From the NCBI GenBank assembly GCA_008632985.1, contig QPGO01000017.1, positions 62,001 through 126,000 on the forward strand: a stretch of 64,000 nt of DNA. Direction: 5' to 3'. Origin of the DNA: Psammoneis japonica. Taxonomy: Eukaryota. Each line of letters begins with the position of its first letter. The stretch's first letter is position 1. Positions 24,224 to 37,300 of the stretch are shown in pieces. Made by a program: the position numbers and the translations under genes. The notes beneath the pieces were generated by a model. It saw only the letters and a program-made list of their open reading frames with translations. It did not search any database and had not been told where the DNA came from.

Positions 24224-25417
24224 ATGGGAAGGAGGAAGAAAGCAGCTAAGACGGATGCTGCAGGGGCAGAGGGAGCGCCCCACAGCCCGAGGCTTGTGGT
24301 GGCATTGCAGCAGATGGGGGCTGTGGTGGATCACAAGTCACCAAAGAGAGAGGTGGAAGAGGTGGCACGGAGAGAGCTGTTCCCAAAGGCGAAATTCCTT
24401 GTGAAGGCGGACGTGGCGAGTGGTGGCAAGGTGTCATGGCCAATGCGCAAAAACACAGCAGATGGCAAGTTCGGCAAGTGCGAATGGGCAGGATCATGGG
24501 AGGACTGGGCTAAAAAGAGCGTGCTCAATGCGATCAATGCAAAAAGAAACACCGTGTGTCAGACAACAATGAGGAGTGCGATGAGTGGCAAGTGAGGAGG
24601 AGTGGAGCATTTCCGAAGCGAGAATAGAAAGTGGTGCCACCAATGAATTGCTCATTTTTCTAAAGTCGTTGTGACAGAAAAACAAGCAGAGGAAATCCGA
24701 GAAAAAAAAAAGAAAGAAGCAAGGAAGAAGAGATCCGTAAAAAAGCGGAAACAGGACGAAGCTGACATTGAGGAAGAGTTCATTGCGACTTGGGAGGATG
24801 GGACAGTGGGCACAATTGTGATGGAGAAGTGAAAGGACAGAGAGGCGTGTGCATGGTTCTATGACAACGTCCTAAAATTCACGAAGAGCACTGCAATGTG
24901 GAGGAGGATGGCAGAGTCCGGAAGCACCAAGGCCACAGATCTGGCTGCTGCAAGCGACGAGGCACTGGCCCTGTTGATGATGGAAAACTGCTGGAAGGTT
25001 TGGGAGTGCAAGAAGATGCAGGAGTTAGATGAGGAAGGGAGCGAAGAGGAAAAACCAGCTACATTGCACATGGACCCGTCGCGACAGCGTGACTCTTGGA
25101 AGGATGAAGGAATGGTGCGCTTCAACGATTTGCCAAAGGAGGTAAAGGAAGACAGGGCGAGAGAGCACGGTGTGCATTTCAACACATGGCATGCAAACGA
25201 AAAGAAAAAGGAGAGCAAAGAAAAGGGAAAAAAGGCGAGAACCACTCAAGAGCCAGCGAAAACAGAGACGAGAACGCAGGCAACATTGGAGCTTTCCAGT
25301 GACGACGAGGAGGACGATGAAGCAACGGAGACACCAGGTGGCAGAGAAGATGAGGAGGAAGATGAAGCTGGCCAGGAAGACAGTGACAGAAGCAGAGGAA
25401 ATGAGAATCCAGTGTGA
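24224..25417 (+). pseudogene. TE-associated accessory gene relic (SDEALALLxxENxWxxW family); join(24224..24587,24678..25417) with one in-frame TGA
   Basis: Intron 24588-24677 (GCAAGT..ACAG) joins ORF 24224 in frame to ORF 24896. Single TGA at 24830-24832. Motifs RELFPKAKF, AINAKRN, AWFYDNVL, SDEALALLMMENCWKVW, SWKDEGMVRFNDL..DR, and an acidic tail. Confidence 0.65.
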
Positions 25418-26593
25418 GCAAATTGGAAATGTAGGACGACCAGGACTGTGGCATTGACTTGGCATTGATTGAGCGTCGATTGATGAAAAATGTTAAAAAG
25501 CTGTGGCGATGCGTCTTGGTTGATTGCAAAGAGTTGGCCAAATTCATTGTGTTCATCCCTTTAAATTGCAAAACTGTTGTGTGATGCGAAAATTGACAAT
25601 GATGTTGATTGTCAGCTGTTGCACTGAACGAAGGCACATGCTGAACGGGAAAAGAGGGGGACGTTTGCACAGTCAAGGTTTGTTCTCATGGACAAAAAGA
25701 TGTCTCTGTGGTCAAAAAAAATTAACTGTCACAGATTAAATTTTTTTACCAGCTGCACAGCTAATGAGGTTTGAAACTGTTAAAATTTTGTCTGTTGAAG
25801 AGACAAAAATCACAACGAAAAGACAAAGCAAGATCACTGTGTTGCGCCCTCTGATGCAACTCTTGTTGTCTTTCCTGGCATGAGCACATCGACGAATCCA
25901 ACGCAGTCATCACATCGTCAAACCCATTTGATCAATGGCATTGACCAGATGAATGTTTTTGAAGACTTTGACAAAGCAACTGCAGCGCATTCAGCCAACA
26001 AGTGTTCTTTCTGAATGGGAGAGAGTCGGGTGGATGATGAGAGTGAAAATGAAGGATGTGAAGTTGGTGCACAGTTCAAGAAAAAAGCAGTCAAACAATG
26101 TGGACAAAACACTCTGATGCTGTCATCATAGAATGACAAAGAACAGTGAATGGAGCTCCTCCCTGGCTGCTTGCACATGCTCCAGCTGGGACGGAAAGCT
26201 GTGTTTGTCACTTTTTCAATTTTTTCTTTTTTGGATTGACAAAGTGCGGATTTTTGCTCTTATTCGCATCTAAATGTCTTCCGTTTGAGCAGAAATTCAT
26301 TGCTTCTGCGAAAACGAAGGAAACGAAAGGGAAATCAGGTTACATTGAATCAATCCCGAATCATCGAGTCCCGCATACTGTAGTGTCCAGACAGTCAGTC
26401 AGACAGTTATTCCCTGCCTCCATTCCTTGCTGGCCACGACACACCCAAAGCGAAACTTCTGCTCGCCAAAATCACAGCCAGAAAGAAGCGAGGTGAAAGC
26501 ATCCGAAGATCGCGTAGTGCTCCACATCACGGCAAATACCGGTACGTAGACGACTACCGCAACAAATACTGTAGCATCAAAGCAGCAACAACC

Positions 26594-28015
26594 ATGGCGC
26601 TCGAATCGTGTATGATCTTGTTGGACAACTCCGAGTACATGCGGAATGGAGACTACATCCCGACCCGTTTAGAGGCGCAGCAAGACGCGGCGAATCTGTT
26701 GGTGGGTGCCAAGACGCAGAGCAATCCCGAAACAACCGTGGGCGTGTCTGCCGGTACCGAGCTGCTTGTAAGTCCGACGGACAATGTAGGTCTGATTCTG
26801 GGAGCCCTACGAGGACTGGAGTATCGCTCGAGTGATACAGACGTGGCTGCAAGTATGCAGGTTGCTTCGTTGGCGCTCAAGCATCGTCGCAACAAGAACG
26901 GAGCGCAGAGGATTGTGCTCTTTGTCGGGTCTCCGCTGAGCCACGTCGAGACACGAGTTCTGACGAGGGCGGGCCGACAACTCAAGAAGAACAATGTATC
27001 GATCGACGTGGTGGCCATGGGAGAACTCGAGGAGAACGAGGAGAAACTGAGAGAGCTCGTTGACGCAGCCAACGGACGAGCAGATGACGGAGGAGAGCGC
27101 ACGTGTCACCTGGTGTCAATTCCAACTGGGGTCTTGCCCAGTGACGTGCTTGCGTCGTCGCCTATTATTCACGGCGGTGCAGGAGGTGGAGGTGCCTTTG
27201 CAGCGGCTGCTGCGGTTGGCGCCGCGGATACAGGAGGAGAAGGTGGCGGGGGATTTGCGGAATACGGAGGAGTTGATCCCAACATGGATCCGGAGCTCGC
27301 CATGGCTCTTCGAGTCAGTATGGAAGAAGAGCGGGCAAGACAGGAACGTGCCGCCGCCGCCGCTGCGAATGAAGCATCTCAAGAGACAAAGACGGAGGAT
27401 GCAGAAATGGAAGAGGCTTCCAGCACTGATGATGCTGCAGCCAAGGAGGATGAAACTCCGACTACCGCAGATGCTGCACAAGCTGCTCCTGCTATGGATT
27501 TGGGGCTAAGCGAGGAGGAGGCGCTCTTGCAACAAGCCCTTGCCATGTCCATGAACGAAAACGAACCAGCCACAGAGGGAGACGAGGAACAGAACGAAGC
27601 AGAGGAAGAGGCCAAACCTTCTGCTACCGCTGATGAACAAATGGATATGAATGAGGACGAGGAGGCTGCTATGCAGATGGCGCTGCAAATGTCCATGCAG
27701 ACGGATACAACTAGTAGTGAGGAGGCCACAACTGATCAGCCGCAGTTCCAAGATCCGGCCTTTGTTAACCAGGTAAGTTCTCTGACTACTGTGGCCTTTG
27801 TTGCCAAAAGCAGTGTATGATCTCACACTTGGCCTTCGTCGCCTCTCCAATACGCTTTTTCCCAACAATAGTTGCTGGGATCCCTCCCTGGTGTAAACCC
27901 CAATGACCCAGCCATTCAGAACGCGCTCTCGAATCTCAACGAATCCTCGGGAGAAAACAAGGACGAATCGTCGAAGAAGAAGAAGGACGATGATTCCGAC
28001 AAGAACAAGGAATAG
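26594..28015 (+). CDS. RPN10: 26S proteasome non-ATPase regulatory subunit 4 (Rpn10/PSMD4); join(26594..27772,27872..28015), 440 aa
   Basis: vWA start MALESCMILLDNSEYMRNGDYIPTRLEAQQDA, ALKHR, QRIVLFVGSP. UIMs GVDPNMDPELAMALRVSMEEER, EEALLQQALAMSM, EEAAMQMALQMSM. C-terminal LLGSLPGVNPND follows intron 27773-27871 (GTAAGT..ATAG). Confidence 0.95.
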
Positions 28016-28320
28016 AGGGAGAATCTCTACTTTTTAGTTTCGTTCTACCAAGAGATCGACTGTAACAAATAGCCTCCAGATGGTACCTACTTTCCCTCTT
28101 GTCCGTGCTGCGCACTTGAATACTCCACAAGGACATCGTTTCTAGTGCGCATGGTATCTACGAACTATACACACACTCTACAAATCCGAGACTGTTTCGT
28201 TTGTTGGTATATGAAAGCTACTATGCATGTATTCTTTATAATATGGAAAGAATGAATCAGTCTACAGCAGTCCTCACTTGGACTGCGATTCAAGAAGTAA
28301 TCTAATTTTCATGGACAAAC

Positions 28321-31300
28321 TCACGGCGAAGCATTTCCTCCGCGCAAGTTACGATTCGGTGGTCTCTGCAAGAATTTCGTTCCGCCATTGTCAATCAAGA
28401 ATTGGCGGAGTGCAAGAGAGATACCTTGACAGTCTGTTGGCGCCAAACTCAGACTCGGCATGGTACTCGGGACCATGCTTGGCTCCGGACTAGCGCTCGG
28501 GGAGGAACTAGGACTGAGACTGGGAGCAGGACTAGATGACGGAGCACGTGACGGAGCGTCACTGGGGGCAGGACTTTCGGATGGCATGCCACTAGGAGCA
28601 TCACTTGGGGCGGGGCTGCGGCTTGGCATACTGCTTGGAGCACGACTTGGAGCGGGACTGGAACTAGGGCTCGTGCTTGGGAATTCACTGGGAGCTGGGC
28701 TGGCGGACGGAGCGAAACTGACACTCGGAGCCGCGCTGGGAGAAGTACTTGGTGCCGGACTCGAACTTGGAGCTTGAGATGGCATCAATGTGGGAGCTCG
28801 GGTTGGCATTGGTCTCGTGATTATCTCCTCTTCGTCTGTGTCTTCGCAGGGTTCACGGCTCGATTTGGTTATCGCTCCCACTATGGCCTTGATAGTGTAC
28901 GTATTGGCAATGCAAACATCAATTTCAAATGGAACCGTTGCATTTGTAATGTCACCACCCAAAAGCATTGTTTCAATTTGATCCAGAACACTGGTTATTG
29001 TCTCCGCGAATGGGTCGTCCCTTGTTAAGATATGATTAGCTTTGGTGATCTGCAGAGCTGCCGTGCCATTGTTTTCAATTTCCATTATTGAATTTACAAT
29101 GTAAAGGCATTGGTTTGGGTCGTTGTCAGGATCACCGTCGCAGCCCTTGAGTGTCAGGCTACCAAGTTGGTCGTTCAGCATTAGGTTGGCAGTATCTGTC
29201 ACAAACTGCACTTGCTGGTACACAGAGTCTACATCGGTTGCTTCTTTAATGAAACAAACGACAACGCTTGGGACGTTGATTAGTTCAATCGTCTCGCCGG
29301 GACTAACGGTTTCGTTGAAGATTACTCCATTTGGTCCAGTGCACGTGATAAGGACATCGTCGAAGATACCTGGTGGCATGACATCAGGGAAATCTTGACA
29401 TTCACAGTGTTTGCCTTGGGAGTTCACAGTTTCGTTACAGGGTCGCCACCCGTATTTGAAGGTCAAGTTTGGATATCCTTGGCATTCAGGATCGGGCATC
29501 GGAATATCGTTGCAGTCTGTTCTGTTTTCATCTTGGGCTTCGCATCTCAAATCAACCTACAAAAGTACGAGTTAGTAATGAAGGTTGTTCAAAACGAGAG
29601 AGAAAGAGTCAAAGAAGAACGAACGTACCTCGATATCGCAGAACTCTCGTGCGGTTGGTTCTTGACTCGGGGCGTCGCTAGGAACCGGGCTGCTACTTGG
29701 TGAAGAAGAAGGAGCTACACTCGGCGCTGGACTTGCACTCGGAATCGCGGATGGACTGCTGCTAGGTTCTGGGCTGTTGCTCGGTGTCGCGGATGGCGAA
29801 TTGCTCGGAGCAGGGCTGGCACTAGGTGATCCGCTTGGCACATTACTTGGAGCTGGACTGCTACTTGGAGCTGCACTGGGTGAAGCACTCGGTGCTGGAC
29901 TTGAACTTGGAGGCGGCGTCGTGTGCGTTGGTACATTACTCGGTGCTTGACTTGCGCTGGGAGCATTACTAGGCGCGGAACTCGGAGCAGAACTTGCGCT
30001 AGGGGATCCACTTGGTGCATCGCTAGGAGCTGGACTGCTACTTGGTGATCTACTTGGAGCATCGCTTGGTGCCGGACTCAAACTTGGAGGCGGTGTTGCG
30101 CGTGATGGTGCGTTACTCGGTGCTTGACTTGCGCTGGGAGCATTGCTCGGCGCAGAACTCGGGACAGGACTTGCGCTTGGTGATTCACTCGGCGAATCAC
30201 TTGGCGCCGGGCTACTACTTGGAGCTGCACTGGGAGACTCACTCGGTGCAGGACTACGACTTGGTGGTGGAGTCGTGTGAGTTGGCTCGTTACTCGGTGC
30301 TGGACTTGCGCTGGGAACATTGCTAGGCACAGAACTCGGGGCAGGACTTGCGCTTGGTGACTCACTCGGCGAATCACTTGGCGCCGGGCTACTACTTGGA
30401 GCTGCACTGGGAGACTCACTCGGTGCAGGACTACGACTTGGTGGTGGAGTCGTGTGAGTTGGCTCGTTACTCGGTGCTGGACTTGCGCTAGGAGCATTGC
30501 TAGGCACAGAACTCGGGGCAGGACTTGCGCTTGGTGACTCACTTGGCGAATCACTTGGCGCAGGACTATTACTTGGAGATACACTGGGAGTCTCACTTGG
30601 TGCAGGACTACGACTCGGTGGTGGGGTCGTGTGAGTTGGTTCGTTGCTCGGAGCCGGGCTAGCTGATGGTTTTTGACTTGGAGTTGAGCTTGGCGCTGGA
30701 CTTTTGCTCGGAGAGTCGCTTGGTGTCGAGCTGGGGGCAGGGCTTGTACTCGGTGTTCTACTCGGAGCTTCACTTGGAGCAGGACTGCTTGATGGAGCAC
30801 TCGTTGGAGGAGCTGGGGGTATACGTGGCATAACTGTCGGTGTAGTACTCGGAGCTGGACTGCTGCTTGGTTCTGCTGATGGCAAGTCACTGGGCGCTGG
30901 ACTGGTACTTGGTTGAGATGATGGTGTTGAACTTGGTGCCGGGCTGCTGCTTGGGGCTGAACTGGGTGTTTCGCTGGGAGCCGGGCTCACACTTGGTGGC
31001 GGCGTCGTATGCGTTGGTGAGGTGCTTGGGGCAGAGCTTGCGGTAGGCGATGCACTCGGCGAATCACTCGGTGCAGGACTGCTACTAGGTCGAGAGGATG
31101 GTGATGAACTTGGTGCCGGGCTACTACTTGGGGCTGAACTGGGTGTTTCGCTGGGAGCCGGGCTCACACTTGGTGGCGGCGTCGTATGGGTTGGTGAGGT
31201 GCTTGGGACAGAGCTTGCGGTAGGCGATGCACTCGGCGAATCACTCGGTGCAGGACTGCTACTAGGTCGAGAGGATGGTGATGAGCTTGGTGCCGGGCTG

Positions 31301-34300
31301 CTACTTGGGGCTGAACTGGGTGTTTCGCTGGGAGCCGGGCTCACACTTGGTGGTGGCGTCGTATGCGTTGGTGAGGTGCTTGGGGCAAGGCTTGCGGTAG
31401 GCGATGCACTCGGTGAATCACTCGGCGCTGGACTGCTACTAGGTTGATAAGATGGTGATGCACTCGGCAAAAAACTCTTGCTCGGAATTGCAGTTATGTG
31501 CGTCGGCGAGTTGCTCGGAGCAGGGCTAGCAGAAGGTTCTTGACTCGGAGTTGCGCTTGGTCCTGGACTTGCGCTAGGAGAAGCGCTTGGTGTCGAACTG
31601 GGAGCAGGGCTTGTACTCGGTGTTCTACTCGGAGCTTCACTTGGAACAGGACTGCTTGATGGAGCACTCGTTGGAGGAGCTGGGGGTATACGTGGCATAA
31701 CTGTCGGTGTAGTGCTTGGAGCTGGACTGCTGCTTGGTTCTGCTGATGGCAAGTCACTAGGCGCTGGGCTGCTACTGGGCTCTACCGAAGGCGACACACT
31801 CGGAGCTGGACTGCCACTCGGGGAACTACTGGGAGACTCGCTGGGTGCAGGGCTGCGACTCGGCTGATTTGTCGAGTGTGATGGTCTACCACTCGGCACC
31901 TGACTTGCACTTGGTGCATGGGAAGGAGACTCACTTGGAACCGGGCTACTACTTGGTGCCTGGGACGGTGCCGGCGTAGGCTCTGGAGTTACTTTCTCAT
32001 CTGTCTCGAACATGTCCGTGTCCTCGTCTTCGCATGTGATGCCAGTTGAAACCGTCTCACCCTTGACATACGCCGTGACTATATACTTTGCGTCGACACA
32101 GATATCGATTTCATACGAGACGTTAACCATTCGAGTGTCCCCTGCGATTATCACTGATGGGTCAATCTCTCCAAGAAAGTTTGTGACTGATTGCGTAACA
32201 TTATCTTTCGTCACAGTGTGCAGAGCCTCCGTGATGTTGATATTTGTGGGTCCGTCGTTGGTGATTAAGACTTTCGACAAGACCATTTGAAGACAGTTGT
32301 TCGAATTGGTGCCGTCGTCACAGTTCTCGAGTGTCAGGCTGCCAAACTCATCCTTGAGCATTAAATCGGCATCGTCGGTTAAGAATTGTATCCTCTGATA
32401 CACAAAGTCCAGGTCGTCGGCTTTTGCGATGAAACAGACAACAATGCCTTGTGCTCCGCTGATATCGATTTTGTCCCCGCTGCTCACCGTACCACTGAAC
32501 AGAGTGTCATTGGTGGGACTTGCGTCGGAGCAGCTAATGTGGACAGTTTCATCTCCGGCAGGAGGCGTTGCGTTTTTCTCAAGATACACATCCCTGCATT
32601 CACAATTTGCACCTTGTGAATGTGTCGAGTTTTCACAAGGTCTCCAGTTGTACGTAAACGTCAGATTGGAGTATCCTCTGCATTGACAATCCGGATGTGG
32701 AATTTCCCCGCATTGGGTGCCGTTGTTATCTACGCACTCCAACAATTCAACCTGTGTGGCCGCGTTTCGGGAGCAGAACATACATTATTGAGCTGGGGAC
32801 AATACCATAGCACATGCAGTAAAACAAAGAAACGTTGCAAAGCTTACTTCTAGGTCGCAAACATCTTGTGTTGGCGCCGTTGATGGTGACTGACTTGGAG
32901 AGGGACTCTTGCTTGGAGCCGTGCTAGGCGATAAGCTTGGGGCCGGGCTTGCGCTTGGAGCTGCACTGGGAGTTTCGCTGGGAGCAGGACTCACACTTGG
33001 TGGCGGCGTCGTATCCGTTGGCGAGTTGCTTGGGGCGGGGCTTGCACTGGGCTGTTCACTCGGCGAGTTACTTGGCGCCGGACTATTACTTGGAGATACA
33101 CTGGGAGTCTCACTCGGTGCAGGACTACGACTTGGTGGTGGGGTCGTGTGAGTTGGTTCGTTGCTCGGAGCCGGGCTAGCTGATGGTTCTTGACTTGGAG
33201 TTGAGCTTGGTGCTGGACTTTTGCTGGGAGAGTCGCTTGGTGCCGAGCTGGGGACAGGGCTTGTACTCGGTGTTCTACTCGGAGCTTCACTTGGAGCAGG
33301 ACTGCTTGATGGAGCACTCGTTGGAGGAGCTGGGGGTATACGTGGCATAACTGTCGGTGTAGTACTAGGAGCTGGACTGCTGCTTGGTTTTGCTGATGGC
33401 AAGTCACTGGGCGCTGGACTGGTACTAGGTTGAGATGATGGTGTTGAACTTGGTGCCGGGCTGCTGCTTGGGGCTGAACTGGGTGTTTCGCTGGGAGCCG
33501 GGCTCAAACTTGGTGGCGGCGTCGTATGCGTTGGTGAGGTGCTTGGAGCAGAGCTTGCGGTAGGCGATGCACTCGGCGAATCACTCGGTGCAGGACTGCT
33601 ACTAGGTCGAGAGGATGGTGATGAACTTGGTGCCGGGCTGCTACTTGGGGCTGAACTGGGTGTTTCGCTGGGAGCCGGGCTCACACTTGGTGGCGGCGTC
33701 GTATGCGTTGGTGAGGTGCTTGGGGCAGAGCTTGCGGTAGGCGATGCACTCGGCGAATCACTCGGTGCAGGACTGCTACTAGGTCGAGAGGATGGTGATG
33801 AGCTTGGTGCCGGGCTGCTACTTGGGGCTGAACTGGGTGTTTCGCTGGGAGCCGGGCTCACACTTGGTGGTGGCGTCGTATGCGTTGGTGAGGTGCTTGG
33901 GGCAAGGCTTGCGGTAGGCGATGTACTCGGCGAATCACTCGGCGCTGGACTGCTACTAGGTTGATAAGATGGTGATGCACTCGGCAAAAAACTCTTGCTC
34001 GGAATTGCAGTTATGTGCGTCGGCGAGTTGCTCGGAGCAGGGCTAGCAGAAGGTTCTTGACTCGGAGTTGCGCTTGGTCCTGGACTTGCGCTAGGAGAAG
34101 CGCTTGGTGTCGAACTGGGAGCAGGGCTTGTACTTGGTGTTCTACTCGGAGCTTCACTTGGAACAGGACTGCTTGATGGAGCACTCGTTGGAGGAGCTGG
34201 GGGTATACGTGGCATAACTGTCGGTGTAGTGCTTGGAGCTGGACTGCTGCTTGGTTCTGCTGATGGCAAGTCACTAGGCGCTGGGCTGCTACTGGGCTCT

Positions 34301-37300
34301 ACCGAAGGCGACACACTTGGAGCTGAACTACCACTCGGGGAACTACTGGGAGACTCGCTGGGTGCAGGGCTGCGACTCGGCTGATTTGTCGAGTGTGATG
34401 GTCTACCACTCGGCACCTGACTTGCACTTGGTGCGTGGGAAGGAGATTCACTTGGAACCGGGCTACTACTTGGTGCCTGGGACGGTGCCGGCGTAGGCTC
34501 TGGAGTTACTTTCTCATCTGTCTCGAACATGTCCGTGTCCTCGTCTTCGCATGTGATGCCAGTTGAAACCGTCTCACCCTTGACATACGCCGTGACTATA
34601 TACTTTGCGTCGACACAGATATCGATTTCATACGAGACGTTAACCATTCGAGTGTCCCCTGCGATTATCACTGATGGGTCAATCTCTCCAAGAAAGTTTG
34701 TGACTGATTGCGTAACATTATCTTTCGTCACAGTGTGCAGAGCCTCCGTGATGTTGATATTTGTGGGTCCGTCGTTGGTGATTAAGACTTTCGACAAGAC
34801 CATTTGAAGACAGTTGTTCGAATTGGTGCCGTCGTCACAGTTCTCGAGTGTCAGGCTGCCAAACTCATCCTTGAGCATCAAATCGGCATCGTCGGTTAAG
34901 AATTGTATCCTCTGATACACAAAGTCCAGGTCGTCGGCTTTTGCGATGAAACAGACAACAATGCCTTGTGCTCCGCTGATATCGATTTTGTCCCCGCTGC
35001 TCACCGTACCACTGAACAGAGTGTCATTGGTGGGACTTGCGTCGGAGCAGCTAATGTGGACAGTTTCATCTCCGGCAGGAGGCGTTGCGTTTTTCTCAAG
35101 ATACACATCCCTGCATTCACAATTTGCACCTTGTGAATGTGTCGAGTTTTCACAAGGTCTCCAGTTGTACGTAAACGTCAGATTGGAGTATCCTCTGCAT
35201 TGACAATCCGGATGTGGAATTTCCCCGCATTGGGTGCCGTTGTTATCTACGCACTCCAACAATTCAACCTGTGTGGCCGCGTTTCGGGAGCAGAACATAC
35301 ATTAATGAGCTGGGTACAATACCATGGCACATGCAGTAAAACAAAGAAACGTTGCAAAGCTTACTTCTAGGTCGCAAACATCTTGTGTTGGCGCCGTTGA
35401 TGGTGACTGACTAGGAGAGGGACTCTTACTTGGAGCCGTGCTAGGCGATAAGCTTGGGGCCGGGCTTACGCTTGGGGATGCACTGGGAGATTCGCTGGGA
35501 GCAGGACTCACACTTGGTGGCGGCGTCGTATCCGTTGGCAAGTTGCTTGGAGCGGGGCTTGCACTGGGCTGTTCACTCGGCGAGTTACTTGGCGCCGGAC
35601 TATTACTTGGAGATACACTGGGAGTCTCACTCGGTGCAGGACTACGACTTGGTGGTGGGGTCGTGTGAGTTGGTTCGTTGCTCGGAGCCGGGCTAGTTGA
35701 TGGTTCTTGACTTGGAGTTGAGCTTGGTGCTGGACTTTTGCTGGGAGAGTCGCTTGGTGCCGAGCTGGGGACAGGGCTTGTACTCGGTGTTCTACTCGGA
35801 GCTTCACTTGGAGCAGGACTGCTTGATGGAGCACTCGTTGGAGGAGCTGGGGGTATACGTGGCATAACTGTCGGTGTAGTACTAGGAGCTGGACTGCTGC
35901 TTGGTTTTGCTGATGGGAAGTCACTGGGCGCTGGACTGGTACTAGGTTGAGATGACGGTGTTGAGCTTGGTGCCGGGCTGCTGCTTGGGGCTGAACTGGG
36001 TGTTTCGCTGGGAGCCGGGCTCACACTTGGTGGCGGCGTCGTATGCGTTGGTGAGGTGCTTGGGGCAGAGCTTGCGGTAGGCGATGCACTCGGCGAATCA
36101 CTTGGTGCAGGACTGCTACTAGGTCGAGAGGATGGTGAAGGACTTGGTGCCGGGCTGCTACTTGGGGCTGAACTGGGTGTTTCGCTGGGAGCCGGGCTCA
36201 CACTTGGTGGTGGCGTCGTATGCGTTGGTGAGGTGCTTGGGGCAAGGCTTGCGGTAGGCGATGCACTCGGCGAATCACTCGGTGCAGGACTGCTACTAGG
36301 TTGATAAGATGGTGATGCACTCGGCAAAAAACTCTTGCTCGGAATTGCAGTTATGTGCGTCGGCGAGTTGCTCGGAGCAGGGCTAGCAGAAGGTTCTTGA
36401 CTCGGAGTTGCGCTTGGTCCTGGACTTGCGCTAGGAGAAGCGCTTGGTGTCGAACTGGGGGCAGGGCTTGTACTTGGTGTTCTACTCGGAGCTTCACTTG
36501 GAACAGGACTGCTTGATGGAGCACTCGTTGGAGGAGCTGGGGGTGTACGTGGCATAACTGTCGGTGTAGTGCTTGGAGCTGGACTGCTGCTTGGTTCTGC
36601 TGATGGCAAGTCACTAGGCGCTGGGCTGCTACTGGGCTCTACCGAAGGCGACACACTTGGAGCTGGACTGCCACTCGGGGAACTACTGGGAGACTCGCTG
36701 GGTGCAGGGCTGCGACTCGGCTGATTTGTCGAGTGTGATGGTCTACCACTCGGCACCTGACTTGCACTTGGTGCATGGGAAGGAGACTCACTTGGAACCG
36801 GGCTGCTACTTGGTGCATGAGACGGTGCCGGCGTAGGCTTTGGAGTTACTTTCTCATCTGTCTCGAACATGTCCGTGTCCTCGTCTTCGCATGTGATGCC
36901 AGTTGAAACCGTCTCACCCTTGACATACGCCGTGACTAAATACTTTGCGTCGACACAGATATCGATTTCATACGAGACGTTAACCATTCGAGTGTCCCCT
37001 GCGATTATCACTGATGGGTCAATCTCTCCAAGAAAGTTTGTGACTGATTGCGTAACATTATCTTTCGTCACAGTGTGCAGAGCCTCCGTGATGTTGATAT
37101 TTGTGGGTCCGTCGTTGGTGATTAAGACTTTCGACAAGACCATTTGAAGACAGTTGTTCGAATTGGTGCCGTCGTCACAGTTCTCGAGTGTCAGGCTGCC
37201 AAACTCATCCTTGAGCATTAAATCGGCATCGTCGGTTAAGAATTGTATCCTCTGATACACAAAGTCCAGGTCGTCGGCTTTTGCGATGAAACAGACAACA

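Larger units (their letters stand above)
15220..26300. mobile_element. Large (~11 kb) degenerate transposon-derived block, possibly composite; boundaries approximate
   Basis: Abrupt compositional switch to TpA-poor, TG/CA-rich sequence between two intact genes. Contains interrupted, Tyr-poor, Cys/His-rich reading frames. I found no clear termini or transposase catalytic domain. Confidence 0.65.

Noticed and set aside
9972..26344. TGTAACCTG (9972) and CAGGTTACA (26336) as TIRs of a 16-kb element
   Set aside because: Only 9 bp, no TSD, and they would enclose two normal, unmutated host genes.
14510..26385. CACTACGGTATG ... CATACTGTAGTG as CACTA termini of the 15-26 kb block
   Set aside because: The left match overlaps the LCMT splice acceptor and would place its first exon inside the element. 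Both matches are instances of the common TACnGTA motif, and there is no TSD.
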